Below, in pieces: positions 1-9,531 of a DNA stretch of 64,000 nt (its first letter is position 1; each line of letters starts with the position of its first letter). Source of the DNA: Synergistaceae bacterium (lineage in GTDB: Bacteria > Synergistota > Synergistia > Synergistales > Synergistaceae); assembly GCA_031263445.1 (NCBI GenBank), contig JAISFV010000186.1, forward strand, positions 321-64,320, written 5' to 3'. The position numbers were made by a program, and so were the translations under genes. The notes below the pieces were generated by a model that was not told where the DNA came from, did not search any database, and saw nothing but the letters and a program-made list of their open reading frames with translations.

Positions 1-462
1 GCACTTGCCCGTAACTTGGCGTATTACGATCTTGGCGACCCATACGGCGCGGCCCCGTTCAGGCGTTATGTCGGTGTGTGGCCCGCCGTAGTGTCCCATC
101 AGGGAGGCTAGCGCGGCGTTCTTTAGGTCTATGTCCGTGATCTCGCTAGCGTCGCCGAAGCCAGTGACGCTCCTGTATTTAAATGAGAACTCCGACCCGT
201 TCTCGTCCCTCATGAGCTCCGCATCCAGCGTCACATTAAACGAGACCCTGGGGTTTGCCGCGATCAGGTCATTCTTGAGCCCCTTTGACGCCCCGTGCAG
301 CAGAATGACGCCGTCCTCGTAGGCGTATCCGATCGGCAGGACGTATGGAGACCCGTCAGGGGTAGCGAGTCCGAGGAATAGATACTCCCCCCTCGTCAAT
401 ACGTCGTCGATCCACCCCTTGTCCGGAACCTGCTTGTCCTTCCTCCTCATATCCCTTTCCAT
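1..462 (-). CDS. Pyridoxamine 5'-phosphate oxidase-like FMN-binding protein (partial, C-terminus outside the window)
   Basis: My own minus-strand translation starts MERDMRRKDKQVPDKGWIDDVLTRGEYLFLGLATPDGSPYVLPIGYAYEDGVILLHGASKG, typical of the PNPOx/Nim-like split-barrel family. ATG at 462 has an AGGAGG-type RBS 8-10 nt upstream. Not in the ORF track because it has no stop in the window. Confidence 0.7.
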   Translation of the reverse strand, partial: MERDMRRKDKQVPDKGWIDDVLTRGEYLFLGLATPDGSPYVLPIGYAYEDGVILLHGASKGLKNDLIAANPRVSFNVTLDAELMRDENGSEFSFKYRSVTGFGDASEITDIDLKNAALASLMGHYGGPHTDITPERGRAVWVAKIVIRQVTGKC

Positions 463-507
463 GGTAAAATTCCTCCTTTTCGATTACGCTTCTTTAAAGA
501 ATACTGA

Positions 508-602
508 TTTATTGTCCGCCTGAGGAATGAAGATTCAAACCCCGCCGGATTCAGCGCCCTGAAACGCTTAAATGCCGTTTCAGCCATTTAATCAGTGAAT
601 CC
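508..602 (+). repeat. Intergenic repeat family, copy A
   Basis: Boxes TTTATTGTC, GAAGATTCAAACCCC, hairpin CTGAAACG-loop-CGTTTCAG and TTTAATCAGTG match the other copies listed below. Confidence 0.6.
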
Positions 603-610
603 TTAAAATT

Positions 611-1627
611 TCAATATGGCCTGAACGAAGTTTTTTTGTATTCGCGCAGGGTGCGCATTGTGACAGCCCTGTCCGGCGATCTGGGTACGAGCGACGCCGC
701 GAGCGATTTCTCCCGCTCCGCCAGCTCCGATTCTTCCCGGGCGTGGATCATGACGAACAGGTTGAACCTCCACGGCTCCTCGAGGTCGGACAGGATTGCC
801 TTCCTTACATAGCAGTGGCTCGCCCAGGGCCGTCCCTGGATAGCTGCTTGCGCGTTCATGACGATGTCATTTTCCGGCGCGCCGGTGAAGTCATATGCCG
901 CGAGGCTGTTCGAGACGTACCCGGCGGCGGTGTGACTTACGGAAGCGCCGATGCGGCGCAAGAGTCCGCTGTTTCTCAGCTCTGCCAAGTTTCGCAGGAG
1001 TTCCGGCTCGTCCAGGCCGGCGAGACGCGCTATGCCTGAGAAGAGCCGTATGGCCGGTTTCATGCCGCAGCAGAGGCAAGCCGCGATTTTCTTCTGGATG
1101 CCACCGAGCGGTGCGGCCGGCCGGGGCGTGGCGGAGCAGGGCGGCAGCGAGTCAGCGCCCTCCCCTGCCGCCTCTCCCGCGAACGACGGGCGCAGCCTTA
1201 TCCGGCGGACGGACTCAAGCGCCACGAAGGGAGTACCGCTTCGGCGGAACCATTCGCTGAGGCGCAAGGCGGGGGAGGCGTCCCGAAAGATCGCAGTGAA
1301 CCAGAGGTTGAGAGAGTGCTGCCTGAGGTAATTGTGCGTTACCGCCGCCATGCCGTTTATACGGCGGACCGTCCGCTCCAGCTTTTCCGGCGCGACGGCA
1401 GCTCCGAAGAGGTAGCCGCGGCAGAGCGGGGAGCGGTCCCAGAAGGCGCCGAACCTCCTGATGTAACCAGATCGGAGCATCCCTTCTGTCAGCGAAACGG
1501 CGAAATCCTGGCTGACGCCGAGCGATTCAGCTATGTCCCTGAACGGCTCCTGCGAAAGCGGCAGCCCGGCCTCGAGCGCAGCGGCCAGCCTCCGCGTGAT
1601 GTCCGGCTCACCGGGCATCAGCGCCAT
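611..1627 (-). CDS. Siroheme decarboxylase, fused AhbA/AhbB (NirDL-like) two-module protein
   Basis: Two tandem Lrp/AsnC-like modules with the hallmarks VTHNYLR..NLWF and SHCYVR..NLFVMIH. The track ORF 611-1996 has an N-terminal extension that is out-of-frame read-through of the upstream gene. I start at the in-frame ATG at 1627 (MALMPGEPD); 1618 is an alternative. Confidence 0.75.
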   Translation of the reverse strand: MALMPGEPDITRRLAAALEAGLPLSQEPFRDIAESLGVSQDFAVSLTEGMLRSGYIRRFGAFWDRSPLCRGYLFGAAVAPEKLERTVRRINGMAAVTHNYLRQHSLNLWFTAIFRDASPALRLSEWFRRSGTPFVALESVRRIRLRPSFAGEAAGEGADSLPPCSATPRPAAPLGGIQKKIAACLCCGMKPAIRLFSGIARLAGLDEPELLRNLAELRNSGLLRRIGASVSHTAAGYVSNSLAAYDFTGAPENDIVMNAQAAIQGRPWASHCYVRKAILSDLEEPWRFNLFVMIHAREESELAEREKSLAASLVPRSPDRAVTMRTLREYKKTSFRPY

Positions 1628-2696
1628 CCGGAGCCGCGAGACACCGTCTCCCTTCGTTGCCAGGGCATATGTCCTTCCAGCGGCAGGAAGCGCGGCAGGA
1701 CGGCGGGGCCGGCCGGAACATGCCCGCCTCGCCCTGTGGCCGTAGTCCGGCCAGACCGCGCCAGTCACCCAGCGGGCGGTCCCAGGAAAACTGGTTCGAG
1801 AAGAGCGTGCCGTCCCACCTGACTGAGAGTATCCCGGCGGCATGGCGCGACGCCTGACGCGCCAGCAGGTCACGGGCGGCCTCCGCGCGGGCGTGATCCC
1901 GGCTGAGCAGGTACTCGTATACGAGGACGCCGTCCGACGCGTCTCCCACGGTGAGGATTTCCGCAGTACGTCCGCTGCGGGACCGGGCCGCGTCATCGGC
2001 CCAGCGGATTATGCGGGCCACGGCGCGCCTCTCGTCGTCACGGCACGGTGTCAGGCCAGGGTCGAGCGCGCCTCTGCCGACGGGGGCGAAGTGATAGAAA
2101 CAGACCCTCGAAACCGGCAGGGAGATCGCCAGGTCCAGCAGCGGCTCGAGATAGGGCAGCAGCGGGCGGGCGAGCGTGATCCTCATGCCGACGCGGCAGC
2201 CGGCAGACGCTAGCGCCTCTATGCCATTTACCGCTTTGCGGAAAGCGCCGCCCACGCCCCTGAACGCGTCGTTCACGCCGCCTACGCCGTCTAGGCTGAC
2301 GCCGGCGTATGAGACGCCGGAAGCGGCCATCTCAGCCGCCTCCCTCTCGCCTATAAGTACGCCGTTCGTCGATACGGACACCCTCAGCCCTGCGGACGAC
2401 GCCTCTTTGATATACAGGAAGAAATCCGGATGGGCGAGCGGTTCCCCGCCGGACATCAGAAGCACCGGCGGGCGCAGGCCGGCCAAGAGGCCGATGAGAT
2501 CCAGCGCCTCGCCTCTGTCCATGCGCGCACGGCCCGTGTCCTGGAGCGCCGCGTAGCAGTGACGGCACATGAGGTTACAGTCGCCCGTGATATGCCACAC
2601 GATCACCGGGACAGGCGGGCGTCTGTGGCCGTATCTAACGGCGTCACCCGGGAATTCCGTGCCGTGCGGGTCTAGGAGCCTCGATACGCCAATCAC
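1608..2696 (-). CDS. Radical SAM protein, AhbC/AhbD/NirJ family (alternative heme / heme d1 biosynthesis)
   Basis: CNLMCRHCY (CxxxCxxC) cluster motif and a C-terminal Cys-rich segment SCRASCRWKDICPG. GTG start. Overlaps the decarboxylase gene by 20 nt. Confidence 0.75.
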   Translation of the reverse strand: MIGVSRLLDPHGTEFPGDAVRYGHRRPPVPVIVWHITGDCNLMCRHCYAALQDTGRARMDRGEALDLIGLLAGLRPPVLLMSGGEPLAHPDFFLYIKEASSAGLRVSVSTNGVLIGEREAAEMAASGVSYAGVSLDGVGGVNDAFRGVGGAFRKAVNGIEALASAGCRVGMRITLARPLLPYLEPLLDLAISLPVSRVCFYHFAPVGRGALDPGLTPCRDDERRAVARIIRWADDAARSRSGRTAEILTVGDASDGVLVYEYLLSRDHARAEAARDLLARQASRHAAGILSVRWDGTLFSNQFSWDRPLGDWRGLAGLRPQGEAGMFRPAPPSCRASCRWKDICPGNEGRRCLAAPDGADAR

Positions 2697-2714
2697 GTCA
2701 GCCCGGGGGTTGCC

Positions 2715-3257
2715 TCAGGGCACGTCAGTGAGAGCGGCCTCGTGGCAGTTTTTCGATTCCTCTGAGAAACAGACCAGCCTGACCTCGTCTATGGCTTGTC
2801 CCTGGTCACCTTCAAGGAAGGCGGTTATCGTCTTTACGGCGACCCTGGCAGCCTCGTCCTTCGGATAGCCGAACACCCCCGTCGAGATTGACGGGAACGC
2901 CACCGTGCGCGCGCCGATGCGGACGGCCTCCTCCAGGGAGCGCCGGTACGCCGACGCGAGCAGGCGTTCCTCCTCACCGTCACTGTTCCCGTACCAGACA
3001 GGGCCGACGGCGTGTATCACCCATTTCGCCGGCAGGAGGTATCCCCTCGTCGCCTTCGCGTCTCCGGTCTTGCACCCCCTGAGCTTCCTGCACTCGTCCA
3101 AGAGGGCCGGGCCGGCCGCGAGGTGTATCGCCCCGTCCACTCCCCCGCCGCCCAAAAGGCTCTCGTTCGCGGCGTTTACGATGGCGTCGGCGCGCTCCAT
3201 CGTGATATCGCCTTCCTTGACTGAAATGCGGCTTTTGATCGCGTTCCCCTCCCTCAC
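2715..3257 (-). CDS. Macro-domain protein (O-acetyl-ADP-ribose deacetylase-like)
   Basis: GDIT..DAIVNAAN..LLGGGGVDGAIH and FPSISTGVFGYP motifs. Confidence 0.85.
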   Translation of the reverse strand: MREGNAIKSRISVKEGDITMERADAIVNAANESLLGGGGVDGAIHLAAGPALLDECRKLRGCKTGDAKATRGYLLPAKWVIHAVGPVWYGNSDGEEERLLASAYRRSLEEAVRIGARTVAFPSISTGVFGYPKDEAARVAVKTITAFLEGDQGQAIDEVRLVCFSEESKNCHEAALTDVP

Positions 3258-3712
3258 TTTATAGGCAACGGCAGACGGGCTACCATGACGATCGCGTCCT
3301 CCCCGTTGGCGTAATACTTGCGCTCCCTCTTCATGTAGGCGAAACCGAGCTTCGAATAAAAATCGCGGGCGGCTGCGTTCCCGGAGCGCACTTCAAGACG
3401 CATCCTCCCGCAGCCCCACTCCCGTGCGATTTCATCGAACGACATCATGAGCTGGAGGCCGACGCACCTAGACCTGTAGTCCGGGTGCACGGCGATGTTC
3501 ATGAGGTGGGCCGCACCATAGCCGCGCCCGAGGACACCGTACCCTGCGATACGCCCTGCGAGCGTGGCCTTTAAGTACGCGACCTGCCCTGGATTGGCTA
3601 GGTCATGTTCAATGACGCGCCTGTCCCACGGCTGCTCGAAACAGGCCTCCTCTATCGAAACGAGCTGGCCGAGGTCAGCTTGGGCGCAAAAATCTATGTC
3701 GGCTATCAGCAA
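3254..3712 (-). CDS. rimI: GNAT N-acetyltransferase, RimI-like
   Basis: FEQPW, IAVHPDYRSRCVGLQLM and FYSKLGF motifs; 152 aa. TTG start without a clear RBS, so the start is uncertain. Confidence 0.7.
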   Translation of the reverse strand: MLIADIDFCAQADLGQLVSIEEACFEQPWDRRVIEHDLANPGQVAYLKATLAGRIAGYGVLGRGYGAAHLMNIAVHPDYRSRCVGLQLMMSFDEIAREWGCGRMRLEVRSGNAAARDFYSKLGFAYMKRERKYYANGEDAIVMVARLPLPIK

Positions 3713-3771
3713 TGCAGTTTGAGGAAACGCCGGTTTACTGTTGTCGTCTCTGTCATTTAAGCAGCGATTCC

Positions 3772-5067
3772 TCAGATATCCAGTAAGATAGTATCCTCCC
3801 GGCCTGGCCCGACGCCGATCATCCCAACCTTGACAGAGGCCGATTCCTCTATGAAGCGCACGTAGTCGCGGGCTTCCTTCGGGAGGTCGTCAAACTTGCG
3901 GCAGCGCGAGATGTCAGCGTCCCAGGACGGCATATCCCTGTAGACCGGCTTTGCGTCATGCAGTATCGTGGCCAGGCCCGGGAAATATGCATGTTCCTTC
4001 CCGCCCAGTTCGTATGCGTGGCAGACCTTGAGCGCCCCTATCCCAGAGAGGACGTCGAGCTTCGTGAGCGCTATCGTGTCAATGCCGTTGACCTTGACGG
4101 CGTAATTCAGCGCTACCAAGTCAAGCCATCCGCATCTCCTCGGCCGGCCTGTCGTGGCGCCGAACTCCGCGCCGTTCGCCCTGAGGCGCTCCCCCGTCTC
4201 ACCAAGATCCTCCGTGGGGAACGGCCCTTCGCCCACCCTGGTGCAGTACGCCTTGACGACGCCGATCACGCGGCCAAAGCGCCCAGGGCCGAGTGCGCCG
4301 CCTATGGATGCCCCCCCTGACACGCAGCTTGAACTCGTGACGAACGGGTATGTGCCGTGGTCTATGTCGAGCAGCGTACCCTGCGCGCCTTCGAACAGTA
4401 TCCTCTTGCCTGACGAGATCGCGGAGTCTATTTCGAGGGACGAATCCCCCAGGTATGGCTCTATGAACTTGCCCCACTGCGTCGCCAGCCCGTAGAGCTC
4501 GTCGAAGTCCAGCGCGGGCGCGCCGTATATCTTTTCGAGTATTGGGTTCTTCTCGTTCAAGATCACGCGCAGTTTTTTTTCGAGGATTGATGGCGACACG
4601 AGGTCTTCGGCCCTGATCCCTACGCGGTTGTATTTGTCAACGTAGCACGGCCCTATCCCCCTGCCGGTCGTCCCTATCGCGCCAGCGCCGTTCGCGCTCC
4701 TGGCCGCTTCCGCGAGCGCGTCGAACTTCTTGTGGTAAGGCATTACGATGTGCGCGGCGTAGCTTATCAGGAGCTTGACGCCTATCGACTCGGGCTTCGG
4801 GTCCAGCTCCGCAATCTCACGCCGGAGTTCGTCAGGGTCGATCACAAGCCCGTTCCCGATGACGCACGTCCTGCCAGGGTAGAGCATCCCGGACGGCAGG
4901 ATGTGGAAGACGTGCTTCTTCCCGCCTACGATGACAGTATGCCCGGCGTTAGCCCCGCCCTGGAACCGGACTACCACGTCCGCGTCCTTCGCTAAGACGT
5001 CCACTACCCTTCCCTTGCCCTCGTCGCCCCACTGCGTTCCGATAAGCACCTTTACCTGGTCATTCAT
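3772..5067 (-). CDS. purA: Adenylosuccinate synthetase
   Basis: N-terminal GTQWGDEGKGR, GGANAGHT and TTGRGIGP motifs; 431 aa. Confidence 0.95.
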   Translation of the reverse strand: MNDQVKVLIGTQWGDEGKGRVVDVLAKDADVVVRFQGGANAGHTVIVGGKKHVFHILPSGMLYPGRTCVIGNGLVIDPDELRREIAELDPKPESIGVKLLISYAAHIVMPYHKKFDALAEAARSANGAGAIGTTGRGIGPCYVDKYNRVGIRAEDLVSPSILEKKLRVILNEKNPILEKIYGAPALDFDELYGLATQWGKFIEPYLGDSSLEIDSAISSGKRILFEGAQGTLLDIDHGTYPFVTSSSCVSGGASIGGALGPGRFGRVIGVVKAYCTRVGEGPFPTEDLGETGERLRANGAEFGATTGRPRRCGWLDLVALNYAVKVNGIDTIALTKLDVLSGIGALKVCHAYELGGKEHAYFPGLATILHDAKPVYRDMPSWDADISRCRKFDDLPKEARDYVRFIEESASVKVGMIGVGPGREDTILLDI

Positions 5068-5983
5068 CGCTCAATTCCTCCAATTCCATCAATTGCGGCA
5101 GGGTGACGAGCCTGACCCCGCCTTTCGCGATCTCGTCCGGCGAAAGCGCCTCCAGTGCCGCCACTGTCTCTGGCCTCAGATGGCAGATCGCTATCTGATT
5201 GCTCTTCTTAGCGGACGATATCGCCTTTTCTATCTGCGCTGATATCTTCGCGCGGTCAGATTCGTTGTCGAGGAAACGGTTGTTTTTCGCTGTCCTGAGA
5301 CCCATCCCGGCGGCCGCCTCATATGCCACTGTCTTCCTGGACGTGCTGCTGTCCATGAAGAAGAACCCGCGCTCCTTGAGGACGGCCATCACCGAATCCA
5401 TCAGCTCCCTGTCCTCCGTGGCCTTGGAACCCCTGTGGTTGTTGATGCCATAAGCGCCCGGCAGGGAATCCAGCAACGGGTTCAGCGCCTCCCGCACATC
5501 GGCGCTGCTCATCCCGGCACCTATATAATAGTACCTGGGATCCCCGGCCTTACCGTCCGGATCAGGGATGGCCTGCATAGGCACGTGAATCAGGAAGGGG
5601 ATGTCAGATTCGGCCAATAACAACGCTGTCTCTGAGCTGAACCTCAGATTCGGTATTATCGCCCATGTGAGCGGGAGGTCGAGCGATCGTACCCGCCTGG
5701 CGAGATCCATGTTCCCTCCGCAGTCGTCCATCACTATGGCGAGGAAGCGCCCGCAGTCGGGTGATCTGACTGTGGGCGGGCCTGCGTCCGGTGACAGCGG
5801 CTCTATGTCCTGCGAGCTCCCGGCAGCTACCCTGTCAGGCGAAACCGGGACAGGCACTTCTTCAGGCACCGCATCCTGCCAGATCCGATCCGCCACCCTG
5901 GCGTTAAAGGCGTATATCCCGGCCAGCGCGCACAGAACCAACAGAAGGACACCAAACAACCTGCGGGAACGCACCGCTCTCAC
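5060..5983 (-). CDS. Divergent polysaccharide deacetylase family protein (YibQ-like) with an N-terminal membrane anchor
   Basis: Signal anchor followed by LAIVMDDCG...GINNHRGSKAT, typical of this family. Confidence 0.7.
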   Translation of the reverse strand: MRAVRSRRLFGVLLLVLCALAGIYAFNARVADRIWQDAVPEEVPVPVSPDRVAAGSSQDIEPLSPDAGPPTVRSPDCGRFLAIVMDDCGGNMDLARRVRSLDLPLTWAIIPNLRFSSETALLLAESDIPFLIHVPMQAIPDPDGKAGDPRYYYIGAGMSSADVREALNPLLDSLPGAYGINNHRGSKATEDRELMDSVMAVLKERGFFFMDSSTSRKTVAYEAAAGMGLRTAKNNRFLDNESDRAKISAQIEKAISSAKKSNQIAICHLRPETVAALEALSPDEIAKGGVRLVTLPQLMELEELSDE

Positions 5984-5991
5984 GCCCTAAT

Positions 5992-7242
5992 TCAATTCGC
6001 GTTCTTATTTTGGGGCGCGAGGATGACGTTCTTCATCACGCCGAGCGCCTTCTGGAGCTGGGCGTCCTTCGACTTGTCCGTGACCGGGCCGCCCTCTACC
6101 CTGTAATCCGGCACGAGGCCCTTGTGGTCGATTACTTTGTCCGAAGGCGTCTTGTATCGCGCTATGGTGACATACATCCCCGCGTTGTCAGGGAGATTGA
6201 ACAGCGATTGCACGGAACCCTTGCCGAACGTCTTCATGCCGACGAGCAGACCGCGCCCGCGGTCCTGGATCGCCCCTGCCACGATCTCCGACGCGCTCGC
6301 GCTCCCCTCGTTGACCAGGACCACCAGCGGGAGGTCAGTGGCCTTGCCTTCACCCGCGAAGAGGGCGTCGTCAAAGCGGCTGACTCTGCCCTTCATGCTG
6401 ACGACCAAGCCGCCGTCGAGGAACTGCGAGGCCACGTCCACCGCAACGTTCAAGAGGCCGCCAGGGTTGTTGCGCATGTCCAGTATTATGCCGTCGGCTT
6501 TTTTGGATCTTGCCTCTGCGAGCGCCTCCTCGAGCTCAGACGACGTCTTGTGGTGGAAGTTGTTGAGCCGCACGTAGGCGATCTTGTCTATCATCTCGAT
6601 GCGCACGGTCTTGATGTTGATGACCTCCCGCGTCAGGTCGAACGGCATGAGGTCGGCCTCGCCGGCCCTGCGGACCCATATCTTCACGGAGGTATCAGCG
6701 GGGCCGCGGAGCATCTTGACCACGTCGTTCTGATCCATGCCGACTATGACCTTCTCGTCGATCTTGAGAATCTCGTCGAGCGGCTTGACGCCCGCCCTGT
6801 CTGCCGGGGTACCCTCAATCGGGCTGATGATGAGCATCTTGCCGTCGCGAGCGCCGACGTACATGCCGAGGCCGCCGTACTCGCCCTCCATCTCCATGTT
6901 CTCCTCGGTGAGCTGCTCAGGCTCGACGAACCGGGTGTACGGGTCATCCGTCGCGGAAACGAGCCCGCGCATCGAGCCGAAGAAAAAATCCTTCTCGTCC
7001 GGCCCGCTCTCACCGTCTATGAAGTACATTTCAAGGATGGAACGCGCCTGTCTCATCACGAGCAGATTCTGCTGCGAGAACGGCAGCAGCCGTGACCAGT
7101 CGCCCGCCCCGTCCGCAGCCCCCGAAAGCGCGATGCTGGCCGTGATCATCGCGCCCAATATGACTCCTATGAACACATCCTTAAATCTTTTCAAAATTCG
7201 AAGCGCCTCTTCTTTCCTGAAAAAATCTCCAGCCGCTGCCAT
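5992..7242 (-). CDS. S41 family carboxy-terminal processing peptidase with a PDZ domain
   Basis: PDZ-like PADRAGVKPLDEILKID, then the peptidase core DMRNNPGGLL and GSASASEI. Confidence 0.9.
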   Translation of the reverse strand: MAAAGDFFRKEEALRILKRFKDVFIGVILGAMITASIALSGAADGAGDWSRLLPFSQQNLLVMRQARSILEMYFIDGESGPDEKDFFFGSMRGLVSATDDPYTRFVEPEQLTEENMEMEGEYGGLGMYVGARDGKMLIISPIEGTPADRAGVKPLDEILKIDEKVIVGMDQNDVVKMLRGPADTSVKIWVRRAGEADLMPFDLTREVINIKTVRIEMIDKIAYVRLNNFHHKTSSELEEALAEARSKKADGIILDMRNNPGGLLNVAVDVASQFLDGGLVVSMKGRVSRFDDALFAGEGKATDLPLVVLVNEGSASASEIVAGAIQDRGRGLLVGMKTFGKGSVQSLFNLPDNAGMYVTIARYKTPSDKVIDHKGLVPDYRVEGGPVTDKSKDAQLQKALGVMKNVILAPQNKNAN

Positions 7243-7289
7243 TGGGCAGACCCATGCGCCAGACTATGCCCGGACGCGGTCCTCTGGCT

Positions 7290-8495
7290 TTATTTGTTGA
7301 GGTACGTCAGCGGGTCGGTGGTGTTGCCGTTCACCCTGACCTCGAAGTGCAGGTGGTTGCCCGTGGCTGTCCCGGTAGACCCTACCCTACCGACTACGTC
7401 GCCCGCCTTGACCTTCGCGTTCTCGGTCGTGTCGATGGCAGACAGGTGCGCGTAAACGGTGGTCAGGTTGCCGCCGTGGTCTATTATGACGACCTGCCCG
7501 TACCCCCTCAGCCAGCCGGTGTAGAGAATCTCGCCGTCTGCGGTGGCGCGCACCGGATCGCCCTTGTTGCCGTCTATGTCAAGGCCGGTGTGGGTCGTCC
7601 GTGTCTTAAATATGGGGTGGATCCTGGAGCCGTAAGGGCTGGTTATGGTACCCCTCAGCGGCCACGCGAGCCTCCCTCCCTTGTAATAGAGCGGCGTGGC
7701 GCCGCCTCGGTTTTGCTGCTGCATCTTCTTTTTGGCGGCCAGGAGCTGGTTGACCTTCTGCTGCAGGTCCTTCGAAGCCTTGAGCAGCTCTTCCTGCTGG
7801 GCCTGGAAGAGCGCCTTGTCCTTGCGGACCTGCTGCAGGAGCTTGTTTCGCTCCTTCGTCGTCTTCTCTATGGACGACTTCCTCTTTTGCAGCTCCTTGT
7901 CGCGGAGGTCGAGCTCGGCCTTCTGCTTCACCAGCTCCGCCCTGGCCTTGTCGAGAGTCGCTTTCTTTATGAAAAGATCGTCGATCAGCGCCTTGTCCTG
8001 TTCAGCGATCTTGCTCAGCATGTATGACGTGGAGAGGGCGTCCTGTACGCCGCTCGCGGACAGCAGGAGATTGAACTCCGTGATGCCGCCGTATTTGTAC
8101 ATCGCGACGACCCTGCTCCTCAAGAGCTGCCTCACGCCGTCGATGCTGCTCGCTGTCTCGTCGATCTCGGCCAGTATCTCGGCTATCTTGTTGGCTATCT
8201 TGTTCCTCTTCAGCACCGCGATGGTCCTGAGCTGCTCCGTCTTGCTTATCTCGGCGCTCAGGTTGGTGATGTCCTTCATCACCTTGTCCTCTTTTTTGTT
8301 CGCTGCTTTCAGCTTCTGGTTGCTCTCCTTGATCTGATCCTGCATTTTCTTGTAACGCTGCTCCTGCGCCTTGATCTGGCTCTCCAGATCCCCCAGGCTC
8401 TGCGGGGCGGCGGCAAGGGCCGAAGATCCAGGCAGAATGAGCGCCGCCGTCAGGAGGGCCAGTAACCAGGCATGAAAGCGCCTTCTCTCAGTCAT
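7290..8495 (-). CDS. M23/LytM peptidase with a long coiled coil (EnvC-like murein hydrolase activator)
   Basis: Signal peptide, a coiled coil of about 230 aa, then HTGLDI and HLHFEV M23 motifs. Sits next to ftsEX. I prefer the start at the internal ATG 8495 (MTERRRF...). Confidence 0.85.
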   Translation of the reverse strand: MTERRRFHAWLLALLTAALILPGSSALAAAPQSLGDLESQIKAQEQRYKKMQDQIKESNQKLKAANKKEDKVMKDITNLSAEISKTEQLRTIAVLKRNKIANKIAEILAEIDETASSIDGVRQLLRSRVVAMYKYGGITEFNLLLSASGVQDALSTSYMLSKIAEQDKALIDDLFIKKATLDKARAELVKQKAELDLRDKELQKRKSSIEKTTKERNKLLQQVRKDKALFQAQQEELLKASKDLQQKVNQLLAAKKKMQQQNRGGATPLYYKGGRLAWPLRGTITSPYGSRIHPIFKTRTTHTGLDIDGNKGDPVRATADGEILYTGWLRGYGQVVIIDHGGNLTTVYAHLSAIDTTENAKVKAGDVVGRVGSTGTATGNHLHFEVRVNGNTTDPLTYLNK

Positions 8496-8532
8496 CCCAT
8501 CACATCTCCTTTCGTAAATAAGTAAAAGCAGG

Positions 8533-8630
8533 TTTATTGTCATTGGCCTAAGGGGGAAAGATTCAAACCCTTACAGGAACCAGCGCGCTAAAACGCTTAA
8601 TTATTGTCGATTAGTCCTTTCATTCAGCGA
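8533..8630 (+). repeat. Intergenic repeat family, copy B
   Basis: TTTATTGTC, GGCCTAAGGGG, AAAGATTCAAACCC, CTAAAACG-loop-CGATTAG and TCATTCAGCG. Confidence 0.6.
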
Positions 8631-8640
8631 CCCCGTAAAC

Positions 8641-9531
8641 CTATAGCGGTTTCATCGCCCTTCTAGTGAACGCCTCCACCGCGAACAGGCTCGCTATGAG
8701 GCTCAGCGTAGCGCCGGAGCCAACGAGTATGACGCCCAGCTTCGCAACCAGCATGCCCCTCTCCAGGAACGGGAGGAAGGGCAGCAGATCCTTGAGCCGC
8801 GCTATGATGCCATTATAACTCAAACTGAGGAGAATGCTCGCCCCAAGCGAACCGATCCCGCCCAGCAAGACACCCTGTATCACGAACGGCATGGCCACGA
8901 ACGTCGGTGTCGCCCCGACCATCAGCATTATGCCTATTTCCTCCTCTTTGGAGTACACGGATATCCTTATTGTGTTGAACAGCACGACGGCGCTCGCCGT
9001 TATGGCCACCAGCAGCATCACTATGGAAAACTGCCCTGCGAACCGGGAAAAATTCGCCAGCTTCTGGGCGAGCTCGACGGCGTAGACGACGTCCGAGACG
9101 CCCTCTATCGCGGCGAGGGCGTCCGCGACGGACTTCACGCCGTCAGCCCTGTCCACGGAAATCTCTATGCTCCAGGGGAGCGGGTTGTCGTCCGTCAAGA
9201 AGCCCAGCACGTTCGGCATCCTCGGCTCGACGCGGACCTGGAGCCTGCCGAGGGCTATCTCAGGCGTTATGATAGAGATCTTCGTGACGTGGGGCATGGT
9301 CGTCGCCCTCTGGGCGACCACGTCAGCGGAGGTCTCCGGCGCGAGGAACGCCTGTATCGTGAGCTCGCCCTCCATGATATTCACTATGTGACGCGTGTTC
9401 AGCACCAAGAGGACGCTCGCCCCTATCAGGTAAAACACGGACATCGAAGTGAGGACTGTGAGGAGCGAGAGGCCCCAATGCCTTATAATCAGGCGGGTAG
9501 CGTCCCGGAAAGTGTATTTAAAGCTCCCCAT
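8641..9531 (-). CDS. ftsX: Cell division permease FtsX
   Basis: Four-TM FtsX topology with a large periplasmic loop. Overlaps ftsE. Confidence 0.9.
   Translation of the reverse strand: MGSFKYTFRDATRLIIRHWGLSLLTVLTSMSVFYLIGASVLLVLNTRHIVNIMEGELTIQAFLAPETSADVVAQRATTMPHVTKISIITPEIALGRLQVRVEPRMPNVLGFLTDDNPLPWSIEISVDRADGVKSVADALAAIEGVSDVVYAVELAQKLANFSRFAGQFSIVMLLVAITASAVVLFNTIRISVYSKEEEIGIMLMVGATPTFVAMPFVIQGVLLGGIGSLGASILLSLSYNGIIARLKDLLPFLPFLERGMLVAKLGVILVGSGATLSLIASLFAVEAFTRRAMKPL

Noticed and set aside
531-545. The repeat box AAGATTCAAACCCC resembles a tRNA T-loop (GTTCAAATC), suggesting tRNA genes or tRNA-derived elements.
   Set aside because: No acceptor, D or anticodon arms can be drawn around any copy, and the flanks do not form a cloverleaf.
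6010-7095. Long ORFs in the track that lie antisense to, or out of frame with, confidently assigned genes. Examples: 6010-7095 (+), 7242-8027 (+), 13816-14853 (-), 17102-18127 (+), 24460-25203 (-), 27529-28788 (+), 30665-31675 (-), 38499-39509 (+), 40886-41782 (+), 42768-43988 (+), 50612-51256 (-), 57468-58382 (+), 58089-58991 (-), 60548-61333 (-) and 61594-62454 (-).
   Set aside because: Their translations are Arg/Ala/Pro/Gly-rich and low in complexity, as expected for shadow frames of GC-rich genes. Each fully overlaps a gene with clear family motifs.
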